From: a virus
IMG/VR virus record: IMGVR_UViG_3300036820_000005
Span: 47,057 to 111,056 of that record
Reading direction: 5' to 3' (one strand)
DNA length: 64,000 nucleotides
Numbering within the stretch: position 1 is the first letter of the stretch; the number at the start of each line of letters is the position of its first letter. The position numbers and the translations under genes were made by a program. Shown here in pieces: positions 27,362-36,511 of this stretch. The notes beneath the pieces were generated by a model. That model was not told the DNA's origin, made no database searches, and saw only the letters and a program-made list of their open reading frames with translations.

Positions 27362-27388
27362 GAACCCGATCCCGAACAGGAGGAAGCC

Positions 27389-27595
27389 GTGATGAACGCG
27401 AACCGGGGGCCACGTCACCCGAACCGCCGCCGCCGTAGCCCCGGAGTCATGCTCGCGGGCCGTCCCGCCGCTGGCCGGTGCGACATTGTGGTGACCGGCG
27501 ACGGCGGGAAAGCGAAGTTGCACCGTACCGCCCGCCGTGTCGAGGACCGGCGGTGGCGGGCAGAGGCCGCCGCTGAACTGGCCGATCCGACATGA
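27389..27595 (+). CDS. Small basic protein
   Basis: AGGAGGAA RBS; ATGA overlap. Confidence 0.6.
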   Translation: MMNANRGPRHPNRRRRSPGVMLAGRPAAGRCDIVVTGDGGKAKLHRTARRVEDRRWRAEAAAELADPT

Positions 27596-27861
27596 GCGGC
27601 ACCGCGCATCTGATGGAGGGAACTGAGCAGCGCGGCTACCGCACCGTCCGCGTCAACCACGCCGCCCTCGACCAAGCCGTCACGCTCACCGGCCGCGGCC
27701 CGCAACGCGGGATCACCCGGCACGCAGGCGAGTCCATCTGCGGCGAACCGGCCGGGAGGCTGTCGGACACCCCGGTCGGCCTGTTCGACGCCGAGCTGAC
27801 CTGCGGCCTGTGCTACCTGCTGTGCCGCACCGAAGCCGTCCAGATCCAGGAGGCGCTGTGA
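27592..27861 (+). CDS. Hypothetical Zn-binding protein
   Basis: H...ICG...TCGLC. Confidence 0.65.
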   Translation: MSGTAHLMEGTEQRGYRTVRVNHAALDQAVTLTGRGPQRGITRHAGESICGEPAGRLSDTPVGLFDAELTCGLCYLLCRTEAVQIQEAL

Positions 27862-28217
27862 TCGCCGTCGACCGCATCTGGCAGCCGGAAGAGAGCCAGT
27901 GGCGGTTTGACCTCCTGGTCGGTGGGGCCCACGCGGGGCTGGCCGAGGTGATCGTCCTGGACCACGATGTGCGGCTCGCCGACCTGTGGATCCGGCCGGC
28001 CTACCGCGGCCGCGGCTTTGCCCGGCACCTCCTGGCCGACGTGCTCGCTGCGATGGGCGACCGGGACATGACCCTGTCCGCCGAGCCGTTCGAGTACCCA
28101 GACCAGCCGCCAGGCCCGGCGCTGACCGGAGGCCAGCTCGCCGCCTGGTACGCCCGGCACGGCTTCCAGCCGACCGGCACCGGCCACATGATGCACCGAC
28201 CCAAGGAGACCGCGTGA
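27858..28217 (+). CDS. GNAT family acetyltransferase
   Basis: LWIRPAYRGRGFARHLL (motif A); WYARHGF. Confidence 0.85.
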   Translation: MIAVDRIWQPEESQWRFDLLVGGAHAGLAEVIVLDHDVRLADLWIRPAYRGRGFARHLLADVLAAMGDRDMTLSAEPFEYPDQPPGPALTGGQLAAWYARHGFQPTGTGHMMHRPKETA

Positions 28218-28615
28218 TCGCCATCATCGGCTGCGGTGCCCGTAAGCTCGACCGGCCCGCCCCTGCCCGGGAGCTGTACGTCGGCTCGTACTTCCAGGCC
28301 TGCAGCCGGGCGGCCGAGGCGATCGCGCCGGGCCGGTGGTTCATCCTGTCCGCCAAGCACGGCCTGCTGCGCCCCGGCGACGAGATCGAGCCGTACGACC
28401 TGACGCTCGGCCAGCCCGGATCGGTCACGGCCCAGCAAGCCACCTGGCAGGCCCTTACCTGCGGGATCTGGTTTGAGCCCGTGACCGCCCTGTGCGGTTC
28501 CCGCTACGCCGACCTGGCCCGCCAGGTCTGGCCGCAGGTCGAGGTCCCGCTCGCCGGACTCGGGATCGGCCGGCAGCTGCAAGCCCTGGCCCGCATAGCC
28601 GCTGGCCGCGCCTAG
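28214..28615 (+). CDS. DUF6884-like protein
   Basis: GCGARK...PARELY-x-G...ILSAKHGL...EPYD. Confidence 0.75.
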   Translation: MIAIIGCGARKLDRPAPARELYVGSYFQACSRAAEAIAPGRWFILSAKHGLLRPGDEIEPYDLTLGQPGSVTAQQATWQALTCGIWFEPVTALCGSRYADLARQVWPQVEVPLAGLGIGRQLQALARIAAGRA

Positions 28616-28836
28616 CTGTCGGGGCCAGCCGTCCCGTTCCCCACCGCGGGGGCGGGCTGCCGGGGCTTCCACGCCCGTGCGAGGCACGCCAGTCCCCAGA
28701 GCGTGGGGAGCGTCATCCAGTAGCCGTGATGGGCGGCATACAGCCACCCGGCCACGCCGAGCAGGATCACCCCGAAGACGGCCAGGCCGCCTCTGCTGGT
28801 CTTGCCTGCCACTGCCTGCTGCCCGCTGCCTGCCAC
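28612..28836 (-). CDS. Small two-TM membrane protein (reverse moron)
   Basis: Hydrophobic segments; TACACT -10 and AAAGGGG RBS upstream on the - strand. Confidence 0.6.
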   Translation of the reverse strand: MAGSGQQAVAGKTSRGGLAVFGVILLGVAGWLYAAHHGYWMTLPTLWGLACLARAWKPRQPAPAVGNGTAGPDS

Positions 28837-28877
28837 GGCCGCCCCTTTCTACACGCGGGAGTGTAGCGCGGGCCTTG

Positions 28878-28899
28878 CTGCCACGGCAGGCGGAACCCT
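28878..28899 (+). promoter_or_regulatory. Putative late promoter CTGCCAC-N9-AACCCT
   Basis: Motif copy upstream of portal. Confidence 0.65.
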
Positions 28900-28937
28900 G
28901 ACCGTGGCAGCGACAGGTCGGCGGCGGTGGAGGTGGG

Positions 28938-31148
28938 ATGGCGCAGCAGCAGTTCAGCGGCGCCCCCACCTCCGACATGGGCACCCCGGACCTGTACTGG
29001 GGCACCTGGGGCCAGGGACTCCTGTCCGAATGGTGGGAGACCGCCCCGCAGCTGATCTGGCCCGAAGCCGTCATCACCTACGGGCGGATGCGTCACGACC
29101 CCCAGTGCAAAGGGGTCCTGTCCGCGTACAAGCTGCCGCTGATGCGCGCCACCTGGGCGATCGACCCGGCAGGCTGCCGCGACGAGGTAGTCCAGCTCTG
29201 CTCAGAAGACCTGGACCTGCCGATCCTCGGCAACGCCGACGACGACTCGTGGAACGCCGACAACGACGGCCAGCCTGCCCGGACCAGCGGCGTGACGTGG
29301 AAACGGCACCTGTCCCAGGTGCTGCAGTACCTCGAGTTCGGCCACATGATCTTCGAGCGCAAATACCAGATCGTCGGCGACCAGCTGCGGCTGCTCGCGC
29401 TCGGCGAGCGGATGCCGTGGACCGTGGCCAGGATCATGCTCAACCAGGACGCCACGATCAACCACCTCGTGCAGTACATGCAGGAAAAGCCGATCCCGGC
29501 GAACCGGCTGGTCTGGTACGCGCACGAGCACGAGGGCGCGAACTGGGCCGGGTTCTCCCTGCTGCGGTCGGCGTTCGCCCCGTGGCTGCTGAAGCACGAA
29601 TGCTGGCGGGTGCTGGCCACGTCGATCCGCCGGTTCGGGATGGGCGTCCCTACCGTCGAAGCGCCGCCCGGCGCGACGCAGAACCAGGTGCAGCAGGCCA
29701 GCAGCCTCGCCTCCAGCATGCGGGTCGGCGACATGTCCGGTGTCGGCCTGCCCAGCGGGTTCAAGTTCAGCCTGGCCGGGCTGACAGGGAACGTGCCGGA
29801 CTCGCTGGCGTTCATCCAGTACCTCGACGGGCAGATCGCCAAGCAGGCCCTGGCCGGGCTGATGGAGCTCGGCGACACCCAGAACGGCAGCAGGGCGCTC
29901 GGCGAGACGTTCCTTGACCTGTTCCTCCTGTCCCTGCAGGGCGTCGCCGACGAGATCGCGACCGCGGCGACGGTCGGCTGGCCGCAGATGCCCGGCATCC
30001 TCGCCGACCTCGTGGCCTGGAACTGGGGCGCCGACGAGCCAGTCCCGAAAATCGTCTGCACCGACGTAGGCGAAAACTACGAGGTCTCCGCCCAGGCGAT
30101 CGACCAGCTGGTGCAGCACGGCGCACTCGACCCCGACCCGACCCTGGACGCCTGGATCCGCAAGGCATGGCGGCTGCCCGCCCGCGACCCCGACGCGCCG
30201 TCCAGCCTCCCGCCGAAGCCGGGCCCGCCCCTCGGGCCGGAGCCGGGGCCCGGCGGCGGGCCCGCCGGAGACCAGGCCCCCGCCAGCCAGGGACAGGCAG
30301 GAACGGCAGCGAGCCGCCGCTCAGGCAGGCACCGGGCCGCCGCGCCGGGCGGGTTCCGCCGCCAGCCGACACAGATCGAGGCGGCCTCCGGGTTCGACCC
30401 CGCCATGGTCCGGCAGGAATGGCTCGACGCCCGGACCGCCCTGATCGCCTCATACAAGCTGCAGGTCCTCGGCGGCCTGCAAGACGACCTCGCCGGGCAG
30501 GTTGAGGCCAGCGTCCAGGCCGGGCAGCTCGGCAAGCTCGCCTCGCTGACCGTCGACACGGACGCGGCCGCGACGCTGATCGGCGGGGCGATGCTCGGCC
30601 TGGCCCGCACCGCGGCGAACCGGGCGCGGGCCGAAGCCGCGTCGCAAGGCGTCAAGATCCCCGCCGCCGGGGTGGCACTGCCCGAGGCGAAGATCGGCCA
30701 GGTCGCCGCGGCCAGGGCCGGGCTGCTCGGCTCCTGGTGGGCGCAGCAGGCCAGCGGCAAGGCCCTCCAGGTGTCCGCGGCGGCCGCCCACCCGCCCCTT
30801 CCGGTTCGGCTGCCCGCCGACATCGCCGACCTGATCCGCGAGTTCCTCGAGGGGCTGTCCGACGCCAGCCTTACCGACCAGCTCGGCGCCGCGCTCACCG
30901 CAGGCCAGAACGTCGGCCGGATCTCCGTCATGGAAGCCGCGGCCGCGTCGGGCGGGACCGCCCAGTACGTGGCCACGGAGATCGAGGACGACAACACCTG
31001 CAAGCCCTGCCAGGACGAGGACCAGCGCGTGTTCGCCAGCCTCGCCGGCGCGCAGGCCGCCTACCCGTCCGGCGGCTATATCGGCTGCCTCGGCGGGATG
31101 CGGTGCCGCGGCACGGTCATCGCCTACTGGGGAGGGCTGACGCCATGA
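28938..31148 (+). CDS. Portal protein (Mu gp29/DUF935-like) fused to MuF-like minor head domain
   Basis: G-x-SLLR...RRFGMGVP, GSRALGE; Pro-rich linker; C-terminal DDNTCKPC...C-x4-RCRG. Confidence 0.85.
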   Translation: MAQQQFSGAPTSDMGTPDLYWGTWGQGLLSEWWETAPQLIWPEAVITYGRMRHDPQCKGVLSAYKLPLMRATWAIDPAGCRDEVVQLCSEDLDLPILGNADDDSWNADNDGQPARTSGVTWKRHLSQVLQYLEFGHMIFERKYQIVGDQLRLLALGERMPWTVARIMLNQDATINHLVQYMQEKPIPANRLVWYAHEHEGANWAGFSLLRSAFAPWLLKHECWRVLATSIRRFGMGVPTVEAPPGATQNQVQQASSLASSMRVGDMSGVGLPSGFKFSLAGLTGNVPDSLAFIQYLDGQIAKQALAGLMELGDTQNGSRALGETFLDLFLLSLQGVADEIATAATVGWPQMPGILADLVAWNWGADEPVPKIVCTDVGENYEVSAQAIDQLVQHGALDPDPTLDAWIRKAWRLPARDPDAPSSLPPKPGPPLGPEPGPGGGPAGDQAPASQGQAGTAASRRSGRHRAAAPGGFRRQPTQIEAASGFDPAMVRQEWLDARTALIASYKLQVLGGLQDDLAGQVEASVQAGQLGKLASLTVDTDAAATLIGGAMLGLARTAANRARAEAASQGVKIPAAGVALPEAKIGQVAAARAGLLGSWWAQQASGKALQVSAAAAHPPLPVRLPADIADLIREFLEGLSDASLTDQLGAALTAGQNVGRISVMEAAAASGGTAQYVATEIEDDNTCKPCQDEDQRVFASLAGAQAAYPSGGYIGCLGGMRCRGTVIAYWGGLTP

Positions 31149-33175
31149 CGGAACCGCAGGTTGTCGCGCTGCCGCAGCTGGTCACCGTCCCGGACGTCGA
31201 GATCGTCGCCGCGGGGACGTGGAAGCTGGCCTCGGGTGAGGCGACGTTCACCGCCGAAGACCTGGCCGCCGCGGTGCAGGCCAGCGCCTGCCCGGCGATC
31301 GGCTCGCCGGTCCTCAAGCTGGGCCACGTCGATCCGAGGTTCGACGGGGAACCGGCGGTCGGCCGGGTCACCAACCTGCGGCTGACCAGCAGCGGGGCGA
31401 AGATCAGCGGCGACCTGGCCGGGGTGCCTGCCTGGCTGGCCGCCGCGCTGCCGTCCGCGTACCCGCAGCGGTCGATCGAAGGCATGTACGGCTACACGTG
31501 CCAGATCGGCCACACGCACCCGTTCGTGATCACCCACCTTGCTCTGCTCGGCGTCACCGCGCCGGGCGTTGGAGTGCTGTCCAGCCTGAAGGACGTCGCC
31601 GCCCTGTACGGCGTCGCGGCCGCCGCAGGCGACCAGGGCAGCGCATGGACGTTCCGTTTTGGAGGAGTCATGGCAGACGCCGCCCCCAGCCCGGCTACGA
31701 CGGTCGAGGACATCCGCCGCGCGTACTACGACGACCCGGCGACGCCGCCGACGATGTGGATCACTGAGATCCAGCTGTCCCCGCTGCAGCTGATCGTCGC
31801 TGACGAGTCGCAGGGCACCCTGAGCCGCTTGCCCGTGAAGATCGGGTCCGACGGGACGGTGACGTTCGGTGCCCCGGTCCAGGTGCAGGTCTCCTACGTC
31901 GACGCGGCCGACCAAACGACTGCCGCATCAGCGGGCACGCCGTCCGGCCGGGCACTCGCGGTCGCTGCGAAGCTCCGCGGCCAGGCCGACGATCACATGG
32001 CGCAGCTCGCCGCCATGCGGGTCACCGCGTCCTGGGACGCGGACGCGCAGATCGGCAACCTCGGCGACGACCCGACACAGACCCAGCTCGACGAGCTGTT
32101 CGCGCTGCCGGGCGACACCAGGTCCGACAGCAAGCTCCCGCACCACCAGGTGTCCAGCGGCGGCGACGTCGGCGAGGCGAACCTGGACGGCTGCGACGCG
32201 GGGATCGCCGCGCTGAACGGCGCCCGCGGCGGCGTATCAGGCGTGTCAGACACTGCCCGCAAGGCCGCGTACGACCACCTGGCCGCCCACATGACGGCAG
32301 GCGGGAAGACCCCGCCCGACTTGAAGACCTCCGCGTCAGGTGGCCTGCCGGATCCCGCCACTCCAGCGGCTGACCAGCAGAACCCCGCCGGGGAAGGCCC
32401 CGCGAACTCCGGGCCGGTGCACGGCCAGTTCGTCGGCACCCACACGCACCCGCACTCCGCGTACGGCGCCGCCAGCCAGGCGGACGACCACGCGGACGAA
32501 GGCCACCCGCACACGCACGCGGATGACAACAACCACGACCACCACAACGCTGCCACCGCCGGTGCGACTGTGAGCGCGTCAGCCGGTGACGGCAGTACGG
32601 AGGATGCAGACATGCAGTTCAGCGACGCTCAGCTGGCCACGATGCGGACGAAGCTCGGCCTTGCCGGCGACGCGGAGCTGACCCCGGACCTGATCCTGGC
32701 CGCGCTCCAGCCGGCAGCCGGTGTCCAGGCCAGCGGCCAGCCCGCGCCCGCCGCTGCGGCACCAGCCGCTGACCCGGCGCCCGCCGCCCAGCCTGCGACC
32801 GCAAGCCCGGTCCCCGTGCAGGCCGCGGCGCTGCCGCCCGGCATGGCCCTGGTCGACCAGGCCGCGCTCGACGAGCTGAAGCGGAACGCCAACCTCGGCG
32901 CCGAGGCCCGCGCTGAGCAGCGCCGCGCATACCGCGACCAGGTGATCACGGCGGCGATCGGTGACGGCAAGACGCCGCCGGTCCGCCGGGAGCACTGGGA
33001 GAAGGCGTGGGAGGTCGACGCGGAAGGGACCGAGCAGGTCCTCGCCAGCCTCGCGCCCGGCCTGATCCCGCTGGCCGATATCGGCACCCCGGGCGGCGAG
33101 CAGGTGACCGGCGGCGGGACGACGGAGATGCGGGAGTACAGCGCGCTGTTCGGCCCGCCGAAGAAGGACCAGTAA
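31145..33175 (+). CDS. Mu-like prohead protease-scaffold
   Basis: KLGH...AYPQRSIE...LALLGVTAP; C-terminal scaffold AIGDGK-x-PP-x-RREHW; start set by ATGA overlap. Confidence 0.8.
   Translation: MTEPQVVALPQLVTVPDVEIVAAGTWKLASGEATFTAEDLAAAVQASACPAIGSPVLKLGHVDPRFDGEPAVGRVTNLRLTSSGAKISGDLAGVPAWLAAALPSAYPQRSIEGMYGYTCQIGHTHPFVITHLALLGVTAPGVGVLSSLKDVAALYGVAAAAGDQGSAWTFRFGGVMADAAPSPATTVEDIRRAYYDDPATPPTMWITEIQLSPLQLIVADESQGTLSRLPVKIGSDGTVTFGAPVQVQVSYVDAADQTTAASAGTPSGRALAVAAKLRGQADDHMAQLAAMRVTASWDADAQIGNLGDDPTQTQLDELFALPGDTRSDSKLPHHQVSSGGDVGEANLDGCDAGIAALNGARGGVSGVSDTARKAAYDHLAAHMTAGGKTPPDLKTSASGGLPDPATPAADQQNPAGEGPANSGPVHGQFVGTHTHPHSAYGAASQADDHADEGHPHTHADDNNHDHHNAATAGATVSASAGDGSTEDADMQFSDAQLATMRTKLGLAGDAELTPDLILAALQPAAGVQASGQPAPAAAAPAADPAPAAQPATASPVPVQAAALPPGMALVDQAALDELKRNANLGAEARAEQRRAYRDQVITAAIGDGKTPPVRREHWEKAWEVDAEGTEQVLASLAPGLIPLADIGTPGGEQVTGGGTTEMREYSALFGPPKKDQ
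32550..32571 (+). promoter_or_regulatory. Internal late promoter CTGCCAC-N9-GACTGT
   Basis: 40 nt upstream of an internal ATG that has a GGAGGA RBS. Confidence 0.6.
32612..33175 (+). CDS. Nested in-frame scaffolding protein
   Basis: GGAGGA (32599) and ATG (32612), plus internal promoter motif. Confidence 0.65.
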   Translation: MQFSDAQLATMRTKLGLAGDAELTPDLILAALQPAAGVQASGQPAPAAAAPAADPAPAAQPATASPVPVQAAALPPGMALVDQAALDELKRNANLGAEARAEQRRAYRDQVITAAIGDGKTPPVRREHWEKAWEVDAEGTEQVLASLAPGLIPLADIGTPGGEQVTGGGTTEMREYSALFGPPKKDQ

Positions 33176-33212
33176 CAGCCGCCCAGCAGGAGACGGCAGA
33201 CAGGAGACGGCA

Positions 33213-33587
33213 GTGCCGGACTACAACCCGCTATCCGACGAGTGCGCGGCCTCGTGGACCGCTTCGGCGTCCATCACGGGCGGCAACCTCGTCGAGGTGA
33301 CCGGAAACGGCACCGTCGGGCCGGCCGGGGAGACCTCGCAGAAGGTCCTCGGCGTCGCAGGGTTCGACTCGATCGACGGCACCAACGTGACCGTCCTGGA
33401 CCTGGACGACTACCACGTCACGGCCATCAGCGCGGTCGGCTCGATAGCCGCCGGGAACCCGATCAAGGCCGGGGCGTCCGGGACGGTCGAAGAGTACGTC
33501 GTCGGCACGGACCCGATCACCGCCTACCTCGGGACCTGCATCATCGGCGGTGCCGCGAGCGGCACTTGCACCTGGAAGGGCCGCTAG
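33213..33587 (+). CDS. Capsid decoration/cement protein (DUF2190-like)
   Basis: Lies before the MCP; ITGGNLV...LGVA...IAAG-x-P pattern. Confidence 0.75.
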   Translation: MPDYNPLSDECAASWTASASITGGNLVEVTGNGTVGPAGETSQKVLGVAGFDSIDGTNVTVLDLDDYHVTAISAVGSIAAGNPIKAGASGTVEEYVVGTDPITAYLGTCIIGGAASGTCTWKGR

Positions 33588-33643
33588 GCCGCAACCGCAT
33601 AAGGGCCATGCCGCCCCCGCGGGCGGCCTGACGGAGGAACGAG

Positions 33644-34609
33644 ATGTCTGGTTACACCTACCCGCCGCTCCCGCCGACGTTGTCGGGTGATCTGGAGACC
33701 ATCTCCCGGTTCCTCCAGTCGCCGACCCAGATCCGCAGGCGCCTCCGCGACTACGTGGACCTGAGGTTCATCAGCGACCAGATCCTGACGAACCGGTGGA
33801 ACTCGACCGGCGGCGCGGCCCTGTACGAGCAGACCGAACCTTTCGTCACGGATAGGCCCGTTCAGTCGGTTGCCCCCGGGTCCGAGTACCCGCAGGCAGA
33901 CGCCCCGACCGGCACCGGCGGCATCGCGGCCGTCCAGAAGTGGGGCCAGATGGTCCCGCTCACCGACGAGCAGATCGACAGGAACGTTTACGCAGGTCAG
34001 ATAGTTGACCGGACCTTGCAGAAGGTGGTCAACTCGGTGATCGCCCAGGTCGACAACATCACGATGTCGGCCGTCATGAGCACCGTCTCCCTCGAGGTCT
34101 CCCCGACCGCGGCATGGGACGGGTCCGGCGATGCGGCGCCGACGATCCTGCGGGACGTCCTGCTCGGCGTCCGGCAGATCACCGGCCAGCTGCAGGGCTA
34201 CAACCCGGACACGCTGCTGGTCACCGACGTCATGTACGCCTACATGATGTCCGACCTCACCGTGTCGAACCTGCTCAAGCGCGAGGACAGCACCAACCCG
34301 ATCTACACCGGTGAGATCGAGATCCTGTCCGGGCTGACGCTGGTCCACTCGCCGCACGCCCCGAACGACCCGCTGATCCTGGACTCGGCCGAGTTCGGCG
34401 GAATGGCCGACGAGATCTCCGGCTCCCCGGGCTGGGCGATCTCCGACCTGGCCGTGCAGATCAAGTCGATCCGCAACGACCGCCGCGACCGCTGGGAACT
34501 CCAGGGCAGAAGGATCACGGTCCCGATCATCCAGAACCCGAACTCGGCCTGCGCGATCCTTGGCGCGTCCGGGTCCGAGGGCGGCGGCGAAGGGAGCTTC
34601 TCCGTATGA
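33644..34609 (+). CDS. Major capsid protein
   Basis: 321 aa; YP...L-x-SPT, VAPGSEYP, KWG-x6-DE, Y-x-PDTL; position. Confidence 0.85.
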   Translation: MSGYTYPPLPPTLSGDLETISRFLQSPTQIRRRLRDYVDLRFISDQILTNRWNSTGGAALYEQTEPFVTDRPVQSVAPGSEYPQADAPTGTGGIAAVQKWGQMVPLTDEQIDRNVYAGQIVDRTLQKVVNSVIAQVDNITMSAVMSTVSLEVSPTAAWDGSGDAAPTILRDVLLGVRQITGQLQGYNPDTLLVTDVMYAYMMSDLTVSNLLKREDSTNPIYTGEIEILSGLTLVHSPHAPNDPLILDSAEFGGMADEISGSPGWAISDLAVQIKSIRNDRRDRWELQGRRITVPIIQNPNSACAILGASGSEGGGEGSFSV

Positions 34610-34887
34610 GCGACGTGAAGCCCCGCCGCTACCAGGTGACCGCGCCGATGGTGGTCGCGCACGCCCAAACCGCGGACGGCATCAGGCTGCTGAACTTCTA
34701 CCGGAACGCGTTCCTCCCGCCGGAAGTGCCGCAGAAGAAGATCGACCTGCTCCTGCGCCGCCGGATGATCGTCGAGGTCGACGAGCACAACCGTCCCGTC
34801 CAGGCCGAGGCGCCAGCGCCGGCCACCCCGCCCGCTGCTGCGGGTGCGGCGGCCAAGCCTGTCCGGACGGGCGCGAAGACCGGATAA
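34606..34887 (+). CDS. Small head-associated protein
   Basis: Follows the MCP; Ala/Pro tail. Confidence 0.65.
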   Translation: MSDVKPRRYQVTAPMVVAHAQTADGIRLLNFYRNAFLPPEVPQKKIDLLLRRRMIVEVDEHNRPVQAEAPAPATPPAAAGAAAKPVRTGAKTG

Positions 34888-34890
34888 CTG

Positions 34891-35433
34891 GTGGCGGCGC
34901 TGACGTGGGCGCCGACGCTCGCCGACGTCGCCCGCCACATCCCGACCCGCACGAGGGACACCCGCACGCCCGGGTCGGACCAGCTGCTCAACACGTTCAC
35001 CGAGTCCACCACGCCGTCATCTGACGCGGCGCAAGGGTTTATTGACGACGCTGTCCAGTGGGTCCTGGCCAGCGCGGGTGCGCTGCCGACGAACCTGCCG
35101 CCGACCGACGAGATCATGGTCGCCGCCCGCACCGCCGCCGAATGGCGGGCCAGCGCGGACATTGAGGTGGCGTATCCGAACCGCGACATGGATGTCCAGC
35201 TGTTCCGGACGCTGGACCAGCGGGCCAAGGACGCCCTCTCCACCCTGATCTCGGGGCTGCAGAAGGAAAACGAAGGCGTCATCGAGCTCGTCCCTGTGTG
35301 GAGCATGCCGCCGCCCTGGGCCGGGTCGATGGGCTCTGCGTATGGTCGCGCCGCCGAGATCGTGGCGCACGGCTTCTCCGACATGACCTGGCCGTTCCCC
35401 GGCCAGGGCTCATACCCCGACATCGGTTTCTAG
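34891..35433 (+). CDS. Head-to-tail adaptor
   Basis: WAPTLADVA...RT...F-x-x-x-T-x-P; position. Confidence 0.7.
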   Translation: MAALTWAPTLADVARHIPTRTRDTRTPGSDQLLNTFTESTTPSSDAAQGFIDDAVQWVLASAGALPTNLPPTDEIMVAARTAAEWRASADIEVAYPNRDMDVQLFRTLDQRAKDALSTLISGLQKENEGVIELVPVWSMPPPWAGSMGSAYGRAAEIVAHGFSDMTWPFPGQGSYPDIGF

Positions 35434-35447
35434 CCAGGAGGCAGACG

Positions 35448-36071
35448 ATGACAGCCACCTACACCCAGCCGTCCCCGGTCGCTACCGCGGAGGACGGCGA
35501 GGAGACCGGCGACCTCGCCTTCCCGTTCCACCAGCACGGCATGCCGCCCATGCTCGCGCCGACCGGCCTCACCGGCGCTGTCGCGGCCAGCCGGTACGTC
35601 GGCGCGACCGCCAGCGGCCACCCGACCGCCGGGACGTTCGCTGTCGGGGATGTCGTAGTGGACCAGACCGGCGCGTGGTGGTTCTGCACCGTCGCCGGGA
35701 CGCCCGGCACATGGGTGTCGCCGGCCGGGCCCGCGCTGTTCTCCGCGATGACCGCAGTCGCGCTGACCGACGCGGCAACCGTCGCCGTGAACGCCGCGCT
35801 CGGCAACCTGTTCCGCGTCACCCTGGCCGGTAACCGGACCCTCGGCGCCCCGACGAACCCGACCGACGGGCAGACGATCGACTTCGAGATCACGCAGGAC
35901 GGCACGGGTTCGCGGACGCTCGCCTACGCCTCCGCGTACGAGTTCTCGACCACGCTGGCGTCGCCGACGCTATCCACCGCGGCGGGGAAGGTGGACCTGC
36001 TGTCGTTCCGGTACAGCTCCGTCGCGTCGAAGTGGCGTTGCAAGCTGATCGACCTCGGGTTCGCGAGCTGA
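35448..36071 (+). CDS. Virion fibre/whisker-like protein
   Basis: PTAGTF-x-x-GD...C-x-x-AGTPGTW module plus C-domain shared with 20072..20779. Confidence 0.7.
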   Translation: MTATYTQPSPVATAEDGEETGDLAFPFHQHGMPPMLAPTGLTGAVAASRYVGATASGHPTAGTFAVGDVVVDQTGAWWFCTVAGTPGTWVSPAGPALFSAMTAVALTDAATVAVNAALGNLFRVTLAGNRTLGAPTNPTDGQTIDFEITQDGTGSRTLAYASAYEFSTTLASPTLSTAAGKVDLLSFRYSSVASKWRCKLIDLGFAS

Positions 36072-36091
36072 CCGGCGTTACCGGCAACGCG

Positions 36092-36445
36092 ATGAACCCC
36101 ACCCAGTCGAACCACAACGTCACGACCGGCCCGGCAGCAGGCGCCACGCTGGCGTCGCTGACCGGGCTGGCCGCGGGCCGGTACGACATCACCGTGTACG
36201 CCTACCTCGCGGGCACGGTCACCGCGGCCGACGCCGACAACGTGGAGCTGCTGGTCGACGGGTCGGTGACCGATGTCCTCGCCGTCCCGCCTGTCGCCGC
36301 AGCCAGCGGGGTGCCCGGCCAGAAGTTCGAGCACATCACGACGACCGGGGCGATCAAGCTCCAGGCCGTCGGCGCCGGCGGCGGGTCCGCCGTCTACCAC
36401 ACGCTCCTCGTCGCCGCCACGCCCGGAGACTACGTGCCGGAGTGA
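36092..36445 (+). CDS. Small beta-rich structural protein
   Basis: GC3-biased ORF; start uncertain. Confidence 0.55.
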   Translation: MNPTQSNHNVTTGPAAGATLASLTGLAAGRYDITVYAYLAGTVTAADADNVELLVDGSVTDVLAVPPVAAASGVPGQKFEHITTTGAIKLQAVGAGGGSAVYHTLLVAATPGDYVPE

Positions 36446-36447
36446 GA

Positions 36448-36469
36448 CTGCCACGCCCGCGTAGAAACT
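36448..36469 (+). promoter_or_regulatory. Putative late promoter CTGCCAC-N9-GAAACT
   Basis: Upstream of the lectin and ParB-GNAT-PanD genes. Confidence 0.65.
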
Positions 36470-36511
36470 CAGGGCTCGTCTAGACACGATCCCCTACACG
36501 GGAGGGCAGAA

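Noticed and set aside
30737-31144. Upstream extension of the protease ORF (likewise extensions of ORFs 5181, 37486, 39496, 40023, 57562)
   Set aside because: They overlap real upstream genes in another frame; coupled starts, RBSs or promoter motifs lie downstream
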